Source of the DNA: Holophagaceae bacterium | Lineage (GTDB): Bacteria > Acidobacteriota > Holophagae > Holophagales > Holophagaceae | Length of the DNA stretch: 64,000 nt | Reading direction: 5' to 3' | NCBI GenBank assembly: GCA_021286765.1 | Contig: JAJTBS010000004.1 | Coordinates: 27,427-91,426, forward strand | In this document: positions 35,734 through 46,440 of the stretch, piece after piece | Layout of the letters: every line of letters starts with the position of its first letter | How positions within the stretch are numbered: the stretch's first letter is position 1 | Program-made: the position numbers and the translations under genes | The notes under the pieces: model-generated | The model's database searches: none | Seen by the model: the letters and a program-made list of their open reading frames with translations, nothing else | What the model was told of the DNA's origin: nothing

Positions 35734-36561
35734 ATGAGCATGCAGCCTTTCGCCAAGGACCAGACCAAGAACCCGCCCCCCAAGAACTGGCTGGACCGGC
35801 TGCTGCGGCGCTTCTCGCGTGTCGCCTACGGCGTGGCGGTCCTCCTGATGTACACCCTCGCCTCCACGGCCCTGGGTCTGGCCCTGGCCCCAGCGCTGTG
35901 GATCTGGTCCCGCCTGCATGCCTGGGCGGCCCCCCTGGCCGGCCTGCTGCCCTGGATCGTGTCGGGCTTCGCGCTGGCCCTCTGTTTCTTCATCTTCGGC
36001 CTGACGCTCCTGCTGGTCGTCCCCCTCTACAACTGGGTCCTCCCCACCCGGGTGAAGCCCTTCAAGGGTGGCTATTACACCCTGCACGCCCTGCCCTGGT
36101 TCCTCCACAATGGCCTGTTCTACCTGGTGCGCTTCACCTTCCTGCCCTTCGTGACGCTCACCCCCTTCGGCGTGTGGTTCCTGAAGGCCATGGGCATGAA
36201 GATCGGCCGCCACGCTTTCATCAACACGGAGTACATCAGCGATCCCCAACTCATCAGCGTTGGCGACGACGCGGCCCTCGGCGGCAGCGTGCGCATCTTC
36301 GCCCACTACGGTGGGGGCGGGAACCTGGTCATCGCGCCGGTTGTCGTGGGGCATCGCGCCACCCTGGGCCTGGCCTGCTGCGTCATGGGGGACGTCATCA
36401 TCGGGGACGACGCCACCATCCTTCCCGAGAGTGTGGTGCTGCCCGGGAGCCGGGTGGGAGCAGGGGAGACCTGGGGCGGGGTCCCCGCGCGAAAGATCGA
36501 CCGCGAAGAAATGGAGCGCATCAAAGCCGAAATTCGAGGCATGACCGAAACCCTGGGGTGA
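35734..36561 (+). CDS. Membrane protein with C-terminal left-handed beta-helix (hexapeptide acyltransferase-like)
   Basis: TM helices, then G.KIG, D..LI.VGDD, .IG...TLG, IG....I.P.S.V, W.G.PA. Start ATG 35734. Confidence 0.8.
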   Translation: MSMQPFAKDQTKNPPPKNWLDRLLRRFSRVAYGVAVLLMYTLASTALGLALAPALWIWSRLHAWAAPLAGLLPWIVSGFALALCFFIFGLTLLLVVPLYNWVLPTRVKPFKGGYYTLHALPWFLHNGLFYLVRFTFLPFVTLTPFGVWFLKAMGMKIGRHAFINTEYISDPQLISVGDDAALGGSVRIFAHYGGGGNLVIAPVVVGHRATLGLACCVMGDVIIGDDATILPESVVLPGSRVGAGETWGGVPARKIDREEMERIKAEIRGMTETLG

Positions 36562-36729
36562 CCTGGGTCACAGGGTCGGCCGCCCGCTTCGCGGGGAAGG
36601 GCCAGGGAAGCGTTCTGCCGACCTGCCGGGGGGTGAAGTCCGACCAGACGGGACTAGGCAAGTCCCGAGAATCCCGCGACAATCCAAGTTTCTCCCAGGG
36701 GGCTCCCCCCTTCATCTTTGGTCCAAACG

Positions 36730-37608
36730 ATGCGCACACCTGCCCTCCTTTGCTCCGTTCTCGTATCTGCGGCCCTCCTGGCCCAGGCGCCAGCACCGTC
36801 CCTCGGCGACCGCGTGAAGGCCGAGAGGCCCGCGGTGGAACAGCTGCTGGCCGAGCTCAAGTACCCCGAGGCCATGCAGCGAGCCGAGGCCCTGTTGCCT
36901 GCCGCCCGTCCCGCCTTCGATAAGAAGGACAACTCCACCCTCGTGCAGAGTGTCGCCGCCAACCTCGATATGGCCGAAGCGTTGCGCCTGGCCACCGAGG
37001 CCGCCGACTCCGCCGGGGCCTGGGAGAAGGCCCTGGACTACGCGAAGACCGCCAAGGCCCTGGCCAATGAGGCCTATGCCGGCGTGAAGGAACCCTTCAC
37101 CCAGACCGTGGCCTACTACAAGCAGGCCGGCGCCCGGGCCCAGCAGGTGCTGGACGAGAACGATGCCCGCATCAAGGAACTGAAGGGCAAGAGCGCCCTG
37201 GATCCTGGCGAACGCCAGGAGCTGGATCTGGCCCTCGGCGTCGAGAAGGAAGTGCTGGACTGCGCCAAGTGGATGAAGTTCTTCCAGACCTACCTGGACG
37301 TCACCAAGCGAGAGAACGAGGCCTATGACCCGCTGGTGAAGGTGATGGAGGACAAACTCAAGAGCGAAGCGGATCAGATCGCCGACTACAAGGCTGGCAA
37401 GGGCGAGAAGACCAAGTGGGTGGAAGCCGTCATCTCCACCCCCGCCTACCTCGAGCGCTTCACCGAGAAGTCCGGCAAGGCCCAGTGGCTGAACCGCCTG
37501 GCGATCCTTGACCCCGAGAACAAGAAGGTCCAGCACCAGCTCGACCTCCTGACCGGCAAAGCCACGGCTCCTGCGGCCAAGCCCGCCAAGAAGGGAAAGA
37601 AGGCCTGA
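36730..37608 (+). CDS. Hypothetical secreted alpha-helical protein
   Basis: Signal peptide, strongly host-like codon usage, Lys-rich tail; no recognised motif. Confidence 0.8.
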   Translation: MRTPALLCSVLVSAALLAQAPAPSLGDRVKAERPAVEQLLAELKYPEAMQRAEALLPAARPAFDKKDNSTLVQSVAANLDMAEALRLATEAADSAGAWEKALDYAKTAKALANEAYAGVKEPFTQTVAYYKQAGARAQQVLDENDARIKELKGKSALDPGERQELDLALGVEKEVLDCAKWMKFFQTYLDVTKRENEAYDPLVKVMEDKLKSEADQIADYKAGKGEKTKWVEAVISTPAYLERFTEKSGKAQWLNRLAILDPENKKVQHQLDLLTGKATAPAAKPAKKGKKA

Positions 37609-37636
37609 TCGCCCCCGGGACCTGTACCCTGAAGGC

Positions 37637-39925
37637 ATGACCCGCCGTTCCAATCCCCGCATCCCCGTCCGCGGTCCAGCCCGCACCCCCGACCGACGGC
37701 CCTCGCGCGAAGCCCCGAAGCCCATGGCCTCGGGGCTTCGTCCGTACGAGACCTTCGAGGCCACCTTCCTGGGCCATCCCGAGGGGGCTGGTGGCTTCCT
37801 GAGAATCCTGGGGGCGCCCAAAGGGCCCCGCATGGACCTGCTCGTGGACTGGCAGGATGCCCGCGGCGCCATCCACGGCGACCGCGTGGTGGCCGAGGTC
37901 CACGGCGAGGGGTGGGACGGCCGCCTCAAGGCCCGGGTCCTCGAGATCAAGGGGCGCGGAGACATCCCCCTGCCCGGCACCCTCCAGAAACAGCCCTGGG
38001 GCTGGCGCGTGGTGCCCCTGGAACCGCGCCTGGCCCAGATCATCTCCGTGCCACCCACGGATCTGGCCGAGGACGGCGAGCTGGTGAGCGTGAAGCTGGA
38101 CGCCGACCCCGAGGCCAGGCAGCTGCGTGGCACGGTGGTGGCACGTCTTGGGAAGAAGACCGACCTGAAGATCGAGAACAAGCTCACGGCCGCCCTGTTC
38201 AACCTGCGCACGGCCTTCCCGGACGCCGTGATGAACGAATTGGCGCCCTTCCCCACCGTTATCCCCGCGGAATGGCTCCAGGGCAGAGAAGACCTCCGCG
38301 AGGCCCTCACCTGCACCGTGGATCCGCCCACGGCCAAGGACTTCGATGACGCCATCAGCCTGGAAGTGCTGCCCAGATCCGAAGGCGGCGGCTGGCTCCT
38401 GGGCGTCCACATCGCCGACGTGAGCCACTATGTGGCCGAGGGGGGGCCCCTGGACGAGGAGGCCCGCCTGCGGGGCACCTCGGTCTACTTCCCTGATGAA
38501 GCCATCCCCATGATCCCGGAGCGCCTCAGCGGCGACCTCTGCAGCCTGCGCGAGGGCGTCGACCGACTCACCATGACGGCCTGGATGACGATCTCGCCGA
38601 CCCTCGAGGTGGTGGAAACGCGCCTGTCGGAAAGCGTCATCCGCAGTGCCAAGCGCCTCACCTACGACGAGGTGAAGGAGGCCTGCATCGACCTGTCGAC
38701 GCGCAAGCGGGCCGAGCTGGGCGAGCCCTTGTGCGGCCTCCTGGACGAGGCTCTGGTGCTGTCCCGCCAGCTCACCCAGGTGCGTCTGGGCCGCGGCGCC
38801 ATGAACCTGGACACAGAAGAAGCCGAGTTCCTCTTTGATGAGGAGGGTCGCCCCATCGACGCGCGGCGCTATCCGCGGCACGACGCCCACCGCATGATCG
38901 AGGAGTTCATGCTGCTGGCGAACGAGACCGTGGCCCGGTTCTTCACCCGGAAGAAGATCCCCTCCATCTACCGCATCCATGACGAGCCCGACGCCCTGAA
39001 GCTGGAGATCTTCGCGGAAGTCGCGCGGACCTTCGGCCTCCTCAAGCCCAAAGAGACACCCACGCCCGAGCACCTGAACGCCATGCTCGACAAGATCCGG
39101 GGCGGCCCCCTGGAGGCCATGATCAACACGCTGCTGCTGCGCAGCTTGAAGAAGGCCGAGTACAACGTCGACAACATCGGCCACTCGGGCCTGGCGCTCC
39201 AGGACTACCTGCACTTCACGAGCCCCATCCGGCGCTATCCGGATCTCATCGTTCACCGCCTGCTGCGCAAGGTGCTCCGGGGCCAGCGGCTGCCTGAAGG
39301 CCTGCACAGCCAGCTGGCGGTGCTCGCCAAGGGCGCCAGCGACTGCGAACAGAAGGCCACCGAGGCCGAGCGCGAGAACGACAAGTGGAAAGCCTGCCTC
39401 CTCATGAAGCCCCGCATCGGCCAGCGCTTCAAAGGGCGCATCCAGGGTTTCTCCGCCAAGGTCGTGTTCGTCACGCTCGAGTCACCCTTCGTCGAGGTGG
39501 GCGTGCCCCTGGCGGCCCTGGGCGGCAACTTCTGGGTGGATGAGCACCGCACCAAGGCCACAGGCCAGCGGGGCATGGTGGTGCTCACCATCGGCGATGC
39601 GGTGGAAGTGGAGATCACCACCGTGGATGAGAACCTCCGGCGCGTCAGCGCCTGGGTCACCGAAGCCAGAGCCCAGGATGCCCACGGCAAGGTCATCCAG
39701 TTCGTGCCGACGCTCGCTGCACCCGCCGTTCTGCGGGAAGGCGATCTGGAGAAGCCCCGACGGGGAGGAAAAGCCCGCCTGGAGGAGCCACCAGCGCGGC
39801 GTGCCTCGGCGACGAAGCAGCGCCCGCCGAAGAAGGCCCGTGTGACCGCCGGGAAAACACGGGAGGCAAGTCCCAAACCGCCGAAGGGCAGTGTCCGTGG
39901 CAGCGGCAAGCGGAAGGGCCGGTGA
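37637..39925 (+). CDS. rnr: Ribonuclease R / VacB family exoribonuclease
   Basis: CSD region (A.HGDRV), D.P.A.DFDDAISL, HIADVSHYV, RGTSVYFP, LSLREG.DR, H.MIEEFML.AN, HFTSPIRRYPDLIVHR, S1 domain, basic tail. Confidence 0.93.
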   Translation: MTRRSNPRIPVRGPARTPDRRPSREAPKPMASGLRPYETFEATFLGHPEGAGGFLRILGAPKGPRMDLLVDWQDARGAIHGDRVVAEVHGEGWDGRLKARVLEIKGRGDIPLPGTLQKQPWGWRVVPLEPRLAQIISVPPTDLAEDGELVSVKLDADPEARQLRGTVVARLGKKTDLKIENKLTAALFNLRTAFPDAVMNELAPFPTVIPAEWLQGREDLREALTCTVDPPTAKDFDDAISLEVLPRSEGGGWLLGVHIADVSHYVAEGGPLDEEARLRGTSVYFPDEAIPMIPERLSGDLCSLREGVDRLTMTAWMTISPTLEVVETRLSESVIRSAKRLTYDEVKEACIDLSTRKRAELGEPLCGLLDEALVLSRQLTQVRLGRGAMNLDTEEAEFLFDEEGRPIDARRYPRHDAHRMIEEFMLLANETVARFFTRKKIPSIYRIHDEPDALKLEIFAEVARTFGLLKPKETPTPEHLNAMLDKIRGGPLEAMINTLLLRSLKKAEYNVDNIGHSGLALQDYLHFTSPIRRYPDLIVHRLLRKVLRGQRLPEGLHSQLAVLAKGASDCEQKATEAERENDKWKACLLMKPRIGQRFKGRIQGFSAKVVFVTLESPFVEVGVPLAALGGNFWVDEHRTKATGQRGMVVLTIGDAVEVEITTVDENLRRVSAWVTEARAQDAHGKVIQFVPTLAAPAVLREGDLEKPRRGGKARLEEPPARRASATKQRPPKKARVTAGKTREASPKPPKGSVRGSGKRKGR

Positions 39926-40416
39926 TCGTCCCGCCCTCGCCCGTGCGCTGCCTGGGAGTGGACCCTGGCTCCCTGGCCTGCGGCTGGGCCGTGGTGGAGC
40001 GCTTCGGGTCCCGGCTCGCCCTGGTGGAAGCAGGCGTCATCCGCAACCCCCGGGGTACCGAGTTTGACCAGCGGGCTCTGCTCATCCACCACCGCCTGTC
40101 CGAGGCCATCGCCGCCCACCACCCCGGCTTCATGGCCGTGGAATCCCCCTTCGTGGAGAAGAATGCCGCCACGGCCCTGAAGCTGGGCCAGATCCGCGGG
40201 GGCATCCTGCTGACCGCGGCCCTGCACGGATTGCCGGTGGGCGACTACAACCCCATGCAGGTCAAGAAAGCCGTCAGCGGCTACGGTTGGGCGGACAAAG
40301 GTCAGGTGGGGAAGATGGTGATGACCCTGCTGAACTTGAAGGAACCCCTGGCGGCCGACGCAGCCGACGCGGCCGCGGTGGCCATTGGCCACCTGCTGGC
40401 CAGCCGAAGGGCCTGA
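39922..40416 (+). CDS. ruvC: Holliday junction resolvase RuvC
   Basis: LGVDPG...CGW.V, MAVE..F, LG..RG, Y.P.Q.KKAV.G.G.A.K.QV, D.ADA.AVA..H. Confidence 0.95.
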   Translation: MIVPPSPVRCLGVDPGSLACGWAVVERFGSRLALVEAGVIRNPRGTEFDQRALLIHHRLSEAIAAHHPGFMAVESPFVEKNAATALKLGQIRGGILLTAALHGLPVGDYNPMQVKKAVSGYGWADKGQVGKMVMTLLNLKEPLAADAADAAAVAIGHLLASRRA

Positions 40417-40464
40417 TCCGGTCTTGGACGACCTGGATGTCATGTTTTTCAACGATTTCGGAAA

Positions 40465-40485
40465 TTGTCACGGAAGCCGTGACAA
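40465..40485. promoter_or_regulatory. Perfect 9-bp inverted repeat, candidate operator
   Basis: TTGTCACGG-aag-CCGTGACAA in an AT-rich intergenic stretch upstream of a small ORF. Confidence 0.5.
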
Positions 40486-40511
40486 AAAATCTCGTAACTC
40501 ATGACATTTCT

Positions 40512-40527
40512 TGTGATGCCTATCACT
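40512..40527. promoter_or_regulatory. CRP/FNR-family-like binding site
   Basis: TGTGA-tgccta-TCACT against the CRP consensus TGTGA-N6-TCACA (9/10 match). Confidence 0.5.
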
Positions 40528-40582
40528 AGCCTTAGTCACAAGCAAACACGATCATGTTGTCCAGGAAGCCCACGGAGCCACC

Positions 40583-40783
40583 ATGCACATGGACACCGCA
40601 GCGCGACAGCACAACCCCGCCTTCTGGACCACTGCCGAGCGCCTGCATGAAGTGTTCAATCAGCTGGAGCGCCAGATGAGCAGCTCGCCCCGTGGCCTCG
40701 CCGTGCTCCGCCAGGTCCAGGCCCTTGAAGCCGAGCTTGAAGCCGAAGTGATGCACCGCAGCCGTCGCATCGCCGCTGCCTGA
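40583..40783 (+). CDS. Small hypothetical helical protein (66 aa, or 64 aa from the second ATG)
   Basis: GGAG SD, G/C-ending codons like neighbouring genes, own terminator directly downstream. Confidence 0.7.
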   Translation: MHMDTAARQHNPAFWTTAERLHEVFNQLERQMSSSPRGLAVLRQVQALEAELEAEVMHRSRRIAAA

Positions 40784-40802
40784 CCCTGATTCCGCCCCAT
40801 GC

Positions 40803-40827
40803 AAAGCCCGGCACCGCCGGGCTTTTT
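40803..40827 (+). terminator. Rho-independent terminator (possibly bidirectional)
   Basis: AAAGCCCGGC-acc-GCCGGGCTTTTT. Confidence 0.85.
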
Positions 40828-41118
40828 CATATCCATCCGTCCAGCCGTCTGAGGACGGCTGAAGTTCATTGCGTCGGCAAATGACGTTCCTCCCTGGAAG
40901 GGCATCAAGCCCCATCCCCGGGGGCCAAGGGCGTTCGCGAAAGCGATGAACCCACTGACCATAGAAAGGGCACCCCGAAAGGTGCCCAGGAGTCTCGGCC
41001 TTGTGAAACCCTGGCCGGAAGGGGCTGGCGAAAACGGTCGCCCCATGGGAGGAAAGAATGGCTCTTCCCATCCCCCAGGCTAGGCCGCGCCTGCCCTCCT
41101 ACAAGGGGGAACCATGGC

Positions 41119-42849
41119 TCAATCTTCGTACCGCAATGTCCCGGGCCGGTAGGCCGGATAGGCCGGTACCCACTGAGCCTTGGTGACCACGGCACCGATC
41201 TGGTCGTCGTCGAGAAGACGCCCCAGGCCTGCATTGCGGGCCTCGATGCCCACGGCTTTGGCCACGGAGGCGGACACCCTGCGGATGTCCTTCATTTCCG
41301 GCAGCAGCAGGCCCATGGCCTCCTGATCCGGCGTCACGAACTCGCTGATGGCCCGGCTGGCGGCCAGGAACATGCCGTCCGTCACGCGGGTGGCCTTGCA
41401 GACCAGGGCCCCGAGGCCAACGCCAGGGAAGATGTACATGTTGTTGCACTGCGAGGCTTGGAGGGTTTGCCCCTTCCAGTCCATGGGGTCGAAGGGGCTG
41501 CCCGTGGCCACCAGGCCCTTGCCGTCCGTGGCCTTCCACACAGCCTCCGGCGTGCACTCGCACTTGTGGGTGGGGTTGGAGAGCGCCAAAACGATGGGCC
41601 GCGCCGAGTGCTTGGCGGTCTCCGCGAGAATCGCCTCGCTGAAGAGGCCGGGCTGGGCGGTGACGCCGATGAGCACCGTGGGATGGGCGTTGCGGACCAC
41701 ATCCTCCAGACCGATGCGGGAAGGATCGTCCAGCCTCCAGCCCTCCACCCAGGCCCGGCGCTGGGCCAGGGGTTCCTGGGGACCCTCCAGCTGCGGATCG
41801 TCGTCAAGCAGGAGGCCCTGCATGTCCACGGCAAAGATGCGCCGGCGGGCTTCCTCGTCGGAGAGGCCCTCTTCTTTCAGGGCGGCCCGGATGTTCATGG
41901 CGATGCCGGTGCCCGCCTGGCCCATGCCCACGATGACGTAGCGCTCATCCTGGAAGCGGCTCTTCTTGATGCGCATGGCGGTCATGAGCGCGGCCAGGGC
42001 CGTGGAGCCCGTGCCCTGGATGTCGTCATTGAAGGAGAGGATGCGCTCGCGGTAGCGGTCGAGGTTCTTGAACGCGGTGTGCTTGGCGAAGTCCTCCCAC
42101 TGGAGCAGCGCGCCGGGGAAGTTGCGCTTCACGCCGAGGACGAACTTCTCAATCAGCTCCTCGTACTCGGCCCCCCGCAGCCGGGGCTTGCGGATGCCCA
42201 GGTAGAGCGGATCCTCCAGCAGCCGGGGGTTGTTGGTGCCCACGTCCAGGGTGATGGGCAGGGTGACGCCGGGGTGCACCCCGCCGGCGGCCACGTAGAG
42301 GCTGACCTTGCCCACGGGGATACCCATGCCATCCGAGCCCAGGTCACCCAGGCCCAGAATACGCTCGCCGTCGGTCACCACGATGAGGTTGACCTGGGGC
42401 TGTGACAGCCCGTGGAAGATCTGGTCGATGTTCGCGATGTTCTCGGGGGTGATGTAGATGCCCCGGAAGCGGCGCTGGATGTGGCTCAGCTGCATGCAGG
42501 CCAGACCCACCGTCGGGGTGTAAATGATGGGGACCATCTCGTCCAGGTGGTCCTGGAGGAGGCGGTAGAACAGCACCTCGTTGCGGTCCAGGAGGCCCGA
42601 GAGGTAGATGTAGCGCTCCATGTCGTCGGGCTTGCGCAGGAAGGCCTCGTAGGTTCGGTCCAGCTGGGATTCCAGCGTCGCGACGCCGGGCCGCAGCATC
42701 CCGTCCAGGCCCAGGCTCAGGCGCTCCTCCTTGGTGAACGCCGAAGCTTTGTTCAGGTGGGGATTGTTCAGCAGCTGCCGACCACGGAGGTACACCTCGT
42801 AGTAGTCCTCGCCCGTCAGCGGGTCGATCTTGAGCACGAAGTTCTTCAT
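41119..42849 (-). CDS. maeA: NAD-dependent malic enzyme
   Basis: LNK.SAFT..ER, NE.LFYR, PIIYTPTVG, VTDGERILGLGD, GIP.GK..LY, QWEDF, FNDDIQGTG, G.G.AG.G, LSNPT, NN.YIFPG. Confidence 0.93.
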   Translation of the reverse strand: MKNFVLKIDPLTGEDYYEVYLRGRQLLNNPHLNKASAFTKEERLSLGLDGMLRPGVATLESQLDRTYEAFLRKPDDMERYIYLSGLLDRNEVLFYRLLQDHLDEMVPIIYTPTVGLACMQLSHIQRRFRGIYITPENIANIDQIFHGLSQPQVNLIVVTDGERILGLGDLGSDGMGIPVGKVSLYVAAGGVHPGVTLPITLDVGTNNPRLLEDPLYLGIRKPRLRGAEYEELIEKFVLGVKRNFPGALLQWEDFAKHTAFKNLDRYRERILSFNDDIQGTGSTALAALMTAMRIKKSRFQDERYVIVGMGQAGTGIAMNIRAALKEEGLSDEEARRRIFAVDMQGLLLDDDPQLEGPQEPLAQRRAWVEGWRLDDPSRIGLEDVVRNAHPTVLIGVTAQPGLFSEAILAETAKHSARPIVLALSNPTHKCECTPEAVWKATDGKGLVATGSPFDPMDWKGQTLQASQCNNMYIFPGVGLGALVCKATRVTDGMFLAASRAISEFVTPDQEAMGLLLPEMKDIRRVSASVAKAVGIEARNAGLGRLLDDDQIGAVVTKAQWVPAYPAYRPGTLRYED

Positions 42850-42958
42850 GGCTGCCCCTTGTCTGCCACGCCACGCCCGGATCCGACAGATCCCAGGTTC
42901 CTGTTCAGACGGGGCTGGATGGTAAAAACAGTGTATCTCCCACCTGAAGGGGAAGTGA

Positions 42959-44971
42959 TCACATCGGGACCGGGGAGGCCTGCAACAAATCCCCGAGTTC
43001 CCGGCTGGTTCCCACCGGAGCCGCGCAGGTCCTTCCCCGGCACACGAAGGCCAGGGGCTTGCCCGGACTCAGGCCCCGGCCTTCATGCAGCGGCAGCAGC
43101 TGATCCCCGGAGACCGAGAGCACCCGGCCCGGCAGGAACCGGCGATGCACCTCGCGGAGCATGTCCCGCACGAGGGGATCCCCCGGATGGCCGGAAAGAG
43201 CCACGTCCAGGTGCTCCCGCTGCACCAGATCGAGGACACCCAGGAGGCCCAGGAAGGCCCGGGGCGCCCGCGCCATCCAGGGTCCGAAGCACTGGAGGGT
43301 CCCTTCGGCCGCAGACCGGAAGTCCTCCCGCTGAAGGTGGCGCGACAGCCGGAGCAGGGCCCGGGCGGCCAGGGTGTTGCCGCTTGGAATGGCATTGTCG
43401 AAGCCAGGCTTCTGCCGGAAGAGGAGGTCCGGCTGGTCCGCCTCGGTGCTGTAGAACCCGCCACCGACCGGATCATGGAACCGCGCCAGCATCACCTCGC
43501 CGAATGTCTCGGCCCAGCGCAGCCAGGCGGGATCGAAGTCGGCCTCGAAGAGGTCCACCAGCCCCTCCACCACGGCCGCATGGTCTTCAAGGAAGGCGGC
43601 CGTGTGCGCCCGGCCCTGGCGCCACACCCGCAGCAGCCTCCCCTCCCGCCAGAGTTCCTGGCGAAGGAAGGCGGCGCAGGCCTGGGCTGCCGCCAGGTAC
43701 CTCGCCTCCCCCAGCACCTGGAAGCCCCGGGCCAGGGCCGACAGGGCAAGGCCATTCCAGGCGGCCAGCACCTTGTCATCCTTGCCGGGCCGGACCCGCC
43801 GGTCCCGCCAGAGTCGCAGCCGCTCACGCAGGAGCCGATCTTCCTCCCCGGGAAGCAAAGCTTCCGGAGTGCCTGAAAACCGGTGGACGACGCTGGCCCC
43901 ATGCTCGAAGTTGCCGCCCTCGGTGATGCCGAAGGCCGCGCAGAACCGCGCCCCATCTCCCGGCCCCAACGCCTCCCGAACCTCCGCAGGGGTGAAGGCA
44001 TAGAACTTCCCCTCTTCCCCCTCGCTGTCCGCATCTTCGCTGGAGTGGAAGCCGCCGCTGGGGTCGCGCAGGTCCCGCAGCAGGTAGTCCAGAGTCTCCC
44101 GCGCCACTTGGGCATGGCGCGCCTCTCCAGTCGCCTGGAAGGCCGTGAGGTAGCAGCCGGCCAGCTGGGCATTGTCGTAGAGCATCTTCTCGAAATGCGG
44201 CACCAGCCAATGGGCGTCCACGCTGTAGCGGGCAAAGCCGCCGCCCAGGTGATCGTACATGCCGCCTTCCCACATGGCCTCCAGGGTGCGTAACGCCATG
44301 GCCCGGTCCGCCTTGGTCCCCCGGGCCAGAAGCAGGTCCACCGCCATCTGCTGGGGGAACTTCGGGGCGGGGCCAAAGCCACCCCACTCGGCATCGAAGC
44401 TTCGGCGCAGCTGGGCCAGGGCCGCCTCCAGGACACCCTCGTCCGGACGCCTGTCGCCAGCCTCCACCTCAGCCTGGCGTCGAAGTTCCGCGGCGAGCGC
44501 CCCGGCCTGCCCCACCACCCCGGCACGGTCATCCTGCCACAGCTGGGCAATCCGCTTGAGCAGGGGGACGAAGCCCGGCATGCCGCCACGGGGTTCGGGC
44601 GGGAAGTAGGTGCCGCCGTAGAACGGTTCCAGATCGGGGGTAAGCCACAGGCTCATGGGCCAGCCGCCCCGCCCCGTGAGCGTCTGCACCGCGTCCATGT
44701 AGAGGTCGTCCAGGTCCGGCCGTTCCTCGCGATCCACCTTGATGCTCACGAAGTGGGCGTTCAGCACCTCGGCCACGGTGGGGTTCTCGAAGCTTTCGCG
44801 CTCCATGACATGGCACCAGTGGCAGGCGCTGTAGCCGATGCTGAGGAAGATGGGCTTCTGCTCGGACCGGGCCCGCTGCAGGGCCTCTTCACCCCAGGGA
44901 AGCCAATCCACGGGGTTGTGGGCGTGCTGGAGCAGGTAGGGGCTGAGGCTTCCGGAAAGGTGATTGGGCAT
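42959..44971 (-). CDS. YyaL/SSP411-family thioredoxin-domain + glycoside-hydrolase-like protein
   Basis: N.L....[66 protein letters not shown]. Start ATG 44971. Confidence 0.95.
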   Translation of the reverse strand: MPNHLSGSLSPYLLQHAHNPVDWLPWGEEALQRARSEQKPIFLSIGYSACHWCHVMERESFENPTVAEVLNAHFVSIKVDREERPDLDDLYMDAVQTLTGRGGWPMSLWLTPDLEPFYGGTYFPPEPRGGMPGFVPLLKRIAQLWQDDRAGVVGQAGALAAELRRQAEVEAGDRRPDEGVLEAALAQLRRSFDAEWGGFGPAPKFPQQMAVDLLLARGTKADRAMALRTLEAMWEGGMYDHLGGGFARYSVDAHWLVPHFEKMLYDNAQLAGCYLTAFQATGEARHAQVARETLDYLLRDLRDPSGGFHSSEDADSEGEEGKFYAFTPAEVREALGPGDGARFCAAFGITEGGNFEHGASVVHRFSGTPEALLPGEEDRLLRERLRLWRDRRVRPGKDDKVLAAWNGLALSALARGFQVLGEARYLAAAQACAAFLRQELWREGRLLRVWRQGRAHTAAFLEDHAAVVEGLVDLFEADFDPAWLRWAETFGEVMLARFHDPVGGGFYSTEADQPDLLFRQKPGFDNAIPSGNTLAARALLRLSRHLQREDFRSAAEGTLQCFGPWMARAPRAFLGLLGVLDLVQREHLDVALSGHPGDPLVRDMLREVHRRFLPGRVLSVSGDQLLPLHEGRGLSPGKPLAFVCRGRTCAAPVGTSRELGDLLQASPVPM

Positions 44972-45075
44972 TATCCCGACTCCATCGGTCAGGATTATGC
45001 CTGAGGATCCTGTTTCCACACGGGGAAAGTCCTCGACGCCACCTACAATGGTCGTTTGGTCCCCACCGGAGTCCC

Positions 45076-46434
45076 ATGTTCGACAGCCTTACCCAAAAGC
45101 TCAGCCAGGCCATGAAAGCCCTCCGGGGCCAGTCGAAGCTGACCGAAGCCAACCTTGAAGCCGTGCTCCGCGAGGTCCGCATGGCCCTGCTGGAAGCCGA
45201 CGTCCACGTGAGCGTGGCCCGCACCTTCCTGCAGCGGGTGAAGGAGAAGGCCCTGGGCACCGAGGTCATGCAGGGCCTCAACCCGGCCCAGGCCTTCATC
45301 GACATCGTCCACCGCGAATTGGTGGAGATCATGGGCGGCCAGGCCCCTGAGCACCCCATCGCCTTCGCCTCGAAGCCGCCCACCGTGGTGATGATGGTGG
45401 GCCTTCAGGGCGCGGGCAAGACCACCAGCTGCGGCAAGCTGGCGGTCTTCCTCAAGAAGCTCGGGCGTTCTCCGCTGCTGGTGCCCGCCGACGTCTACCG
45501 TCCCGCCGCCATTGAGCAGCTGCACGTGGTGGCCAGGGATGCCGGCGTCCCCTCCTTCCGCACGGAGGAGAAGGATCCCGTGGCCATCTGCGCCTCGGCC
45601 CTCGCGGAAGCGAAGGTCAAGGGCTGGGACGTGGTGGTGCTGGACACCGCCGGCCGCCTGCACCTCGACGAACCATTGATGGAGGAGCTGGCCCGGATCA
45701 AGGCGGCCACCGCCCCGGACGAGATCCTCTTCGTGGCCGACGCCATGACGGGCCAGGATGCCGTCCGCAGCGCCACGGCCTTCCACGAGAAGCTGGGCAT
45801 CACCGGTGTGGTGCTCACGAAGACCGATGGCGACACCCGCGGCGGCGCGGCCTTCAGCATCAAGCAGGCCACGGGCCAGCCCCTGAAGTTCGTGGGCGAG
45901 GGCGAGAAGCTGGAGGACTTCCAGCGCTTCCACCCGGACCGCATGGCCCAGCGCATTCTTGGGATGGGCGACGTGCTCAGCCTCATCGAGCACGCCAAGG
46001 ACAAGCTCGACGAGAAGGAAGCGGAGGTCATGGCCAAGCGCCTGGCCAAGAACCAGTTCACCCTCGAAGACATGCGCAAGCAGTTCCAGCAGGTGCAGAA
46101 ACTGGGCTCCATGAACAAGATCCTGGGGATGCTCCCGGGGCTCGGGCAGATGAAAGATCAGATCGCCCAGGTGGCCACGGACAAGCGCATCAAGCACCTG
46201 GAGGCCATCATCAATTCCATGACCCCAGCCGAGCGGAACAACCACAACCTGCTGGACGGCAAGCGCAAGCGCCGCATCGCCGCGGGCTGCGGCCGCCCGG
46301 TCCACGAGATCAACCAGCTGCTGAAGCAGTTCATGGAAACGAAGAAGATGATGGGCCAGATGAACGATCCCAAGTTCATGGCGCGCATGCAGCGCATGGC
46401 CAAGATGGGCGGCGGCCCCAACCTTCCGTTCTAG
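45076..46434 (+). CDS. ffh: Signal recognition particle protein
   Basis: MF.SL...[39 protein letters not shown]-domain. Confidence 0.97.
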   Translation: MFDSLTQKLSQAMKALRGQSKLTEANLEAVLREVRMALLEADVHVSVARTFLQRVKEKALGTEVMQGLNPAQAFIDIVHRELVEIMGGQAPEHPIAFASKPPTVVMMVGLQGAGKTTSCGKLAVFLKKLGRSPLLVPADVYRPAAIEQLHVVARDAGVPSFRTEEKDPVAICASALAEAKVKGWDVVVLDTAGRLHLDEPLMEELARIKAATAPDEILFVADAMTGQDAVRSATAFHEKLGITGVVLTKTDGDTRGGAAFSIKQATGQPLKFVGEGEKLEDFQRFHPDRMAQRILGMGDVLSLIEHAKDKLDEKEAEVMAKRLAKNQFTLEDMRKQFQQVQKLGSMNKILGMLPGLGQMKDQIAQVATDKRIKHLEAIINSMTPAERNNHNLLDGKRKRRIAAGCGRPVHEINQLLKQFMETKKMMGQMNDPKFMARMQRMAKMGGGPNLPF

Positions 46435-46440
46435 GAGCCC

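Noticed and set aside
41011-41030. CCGGAAGG resembling the SRP RNA domain IV loop, about 4 kb from ffh
   Set aside because: The flanking conserved CAGG and AGCAG internal-loop bases are absent (TGG and GGCTGG instead).
40660-41046. 128-aa minus-strand ORF across the hairpin region
   Set aside because: It runs through a terminator and antisense to the better-supported 66-aa ORF, and has no coding-like bias or motif.
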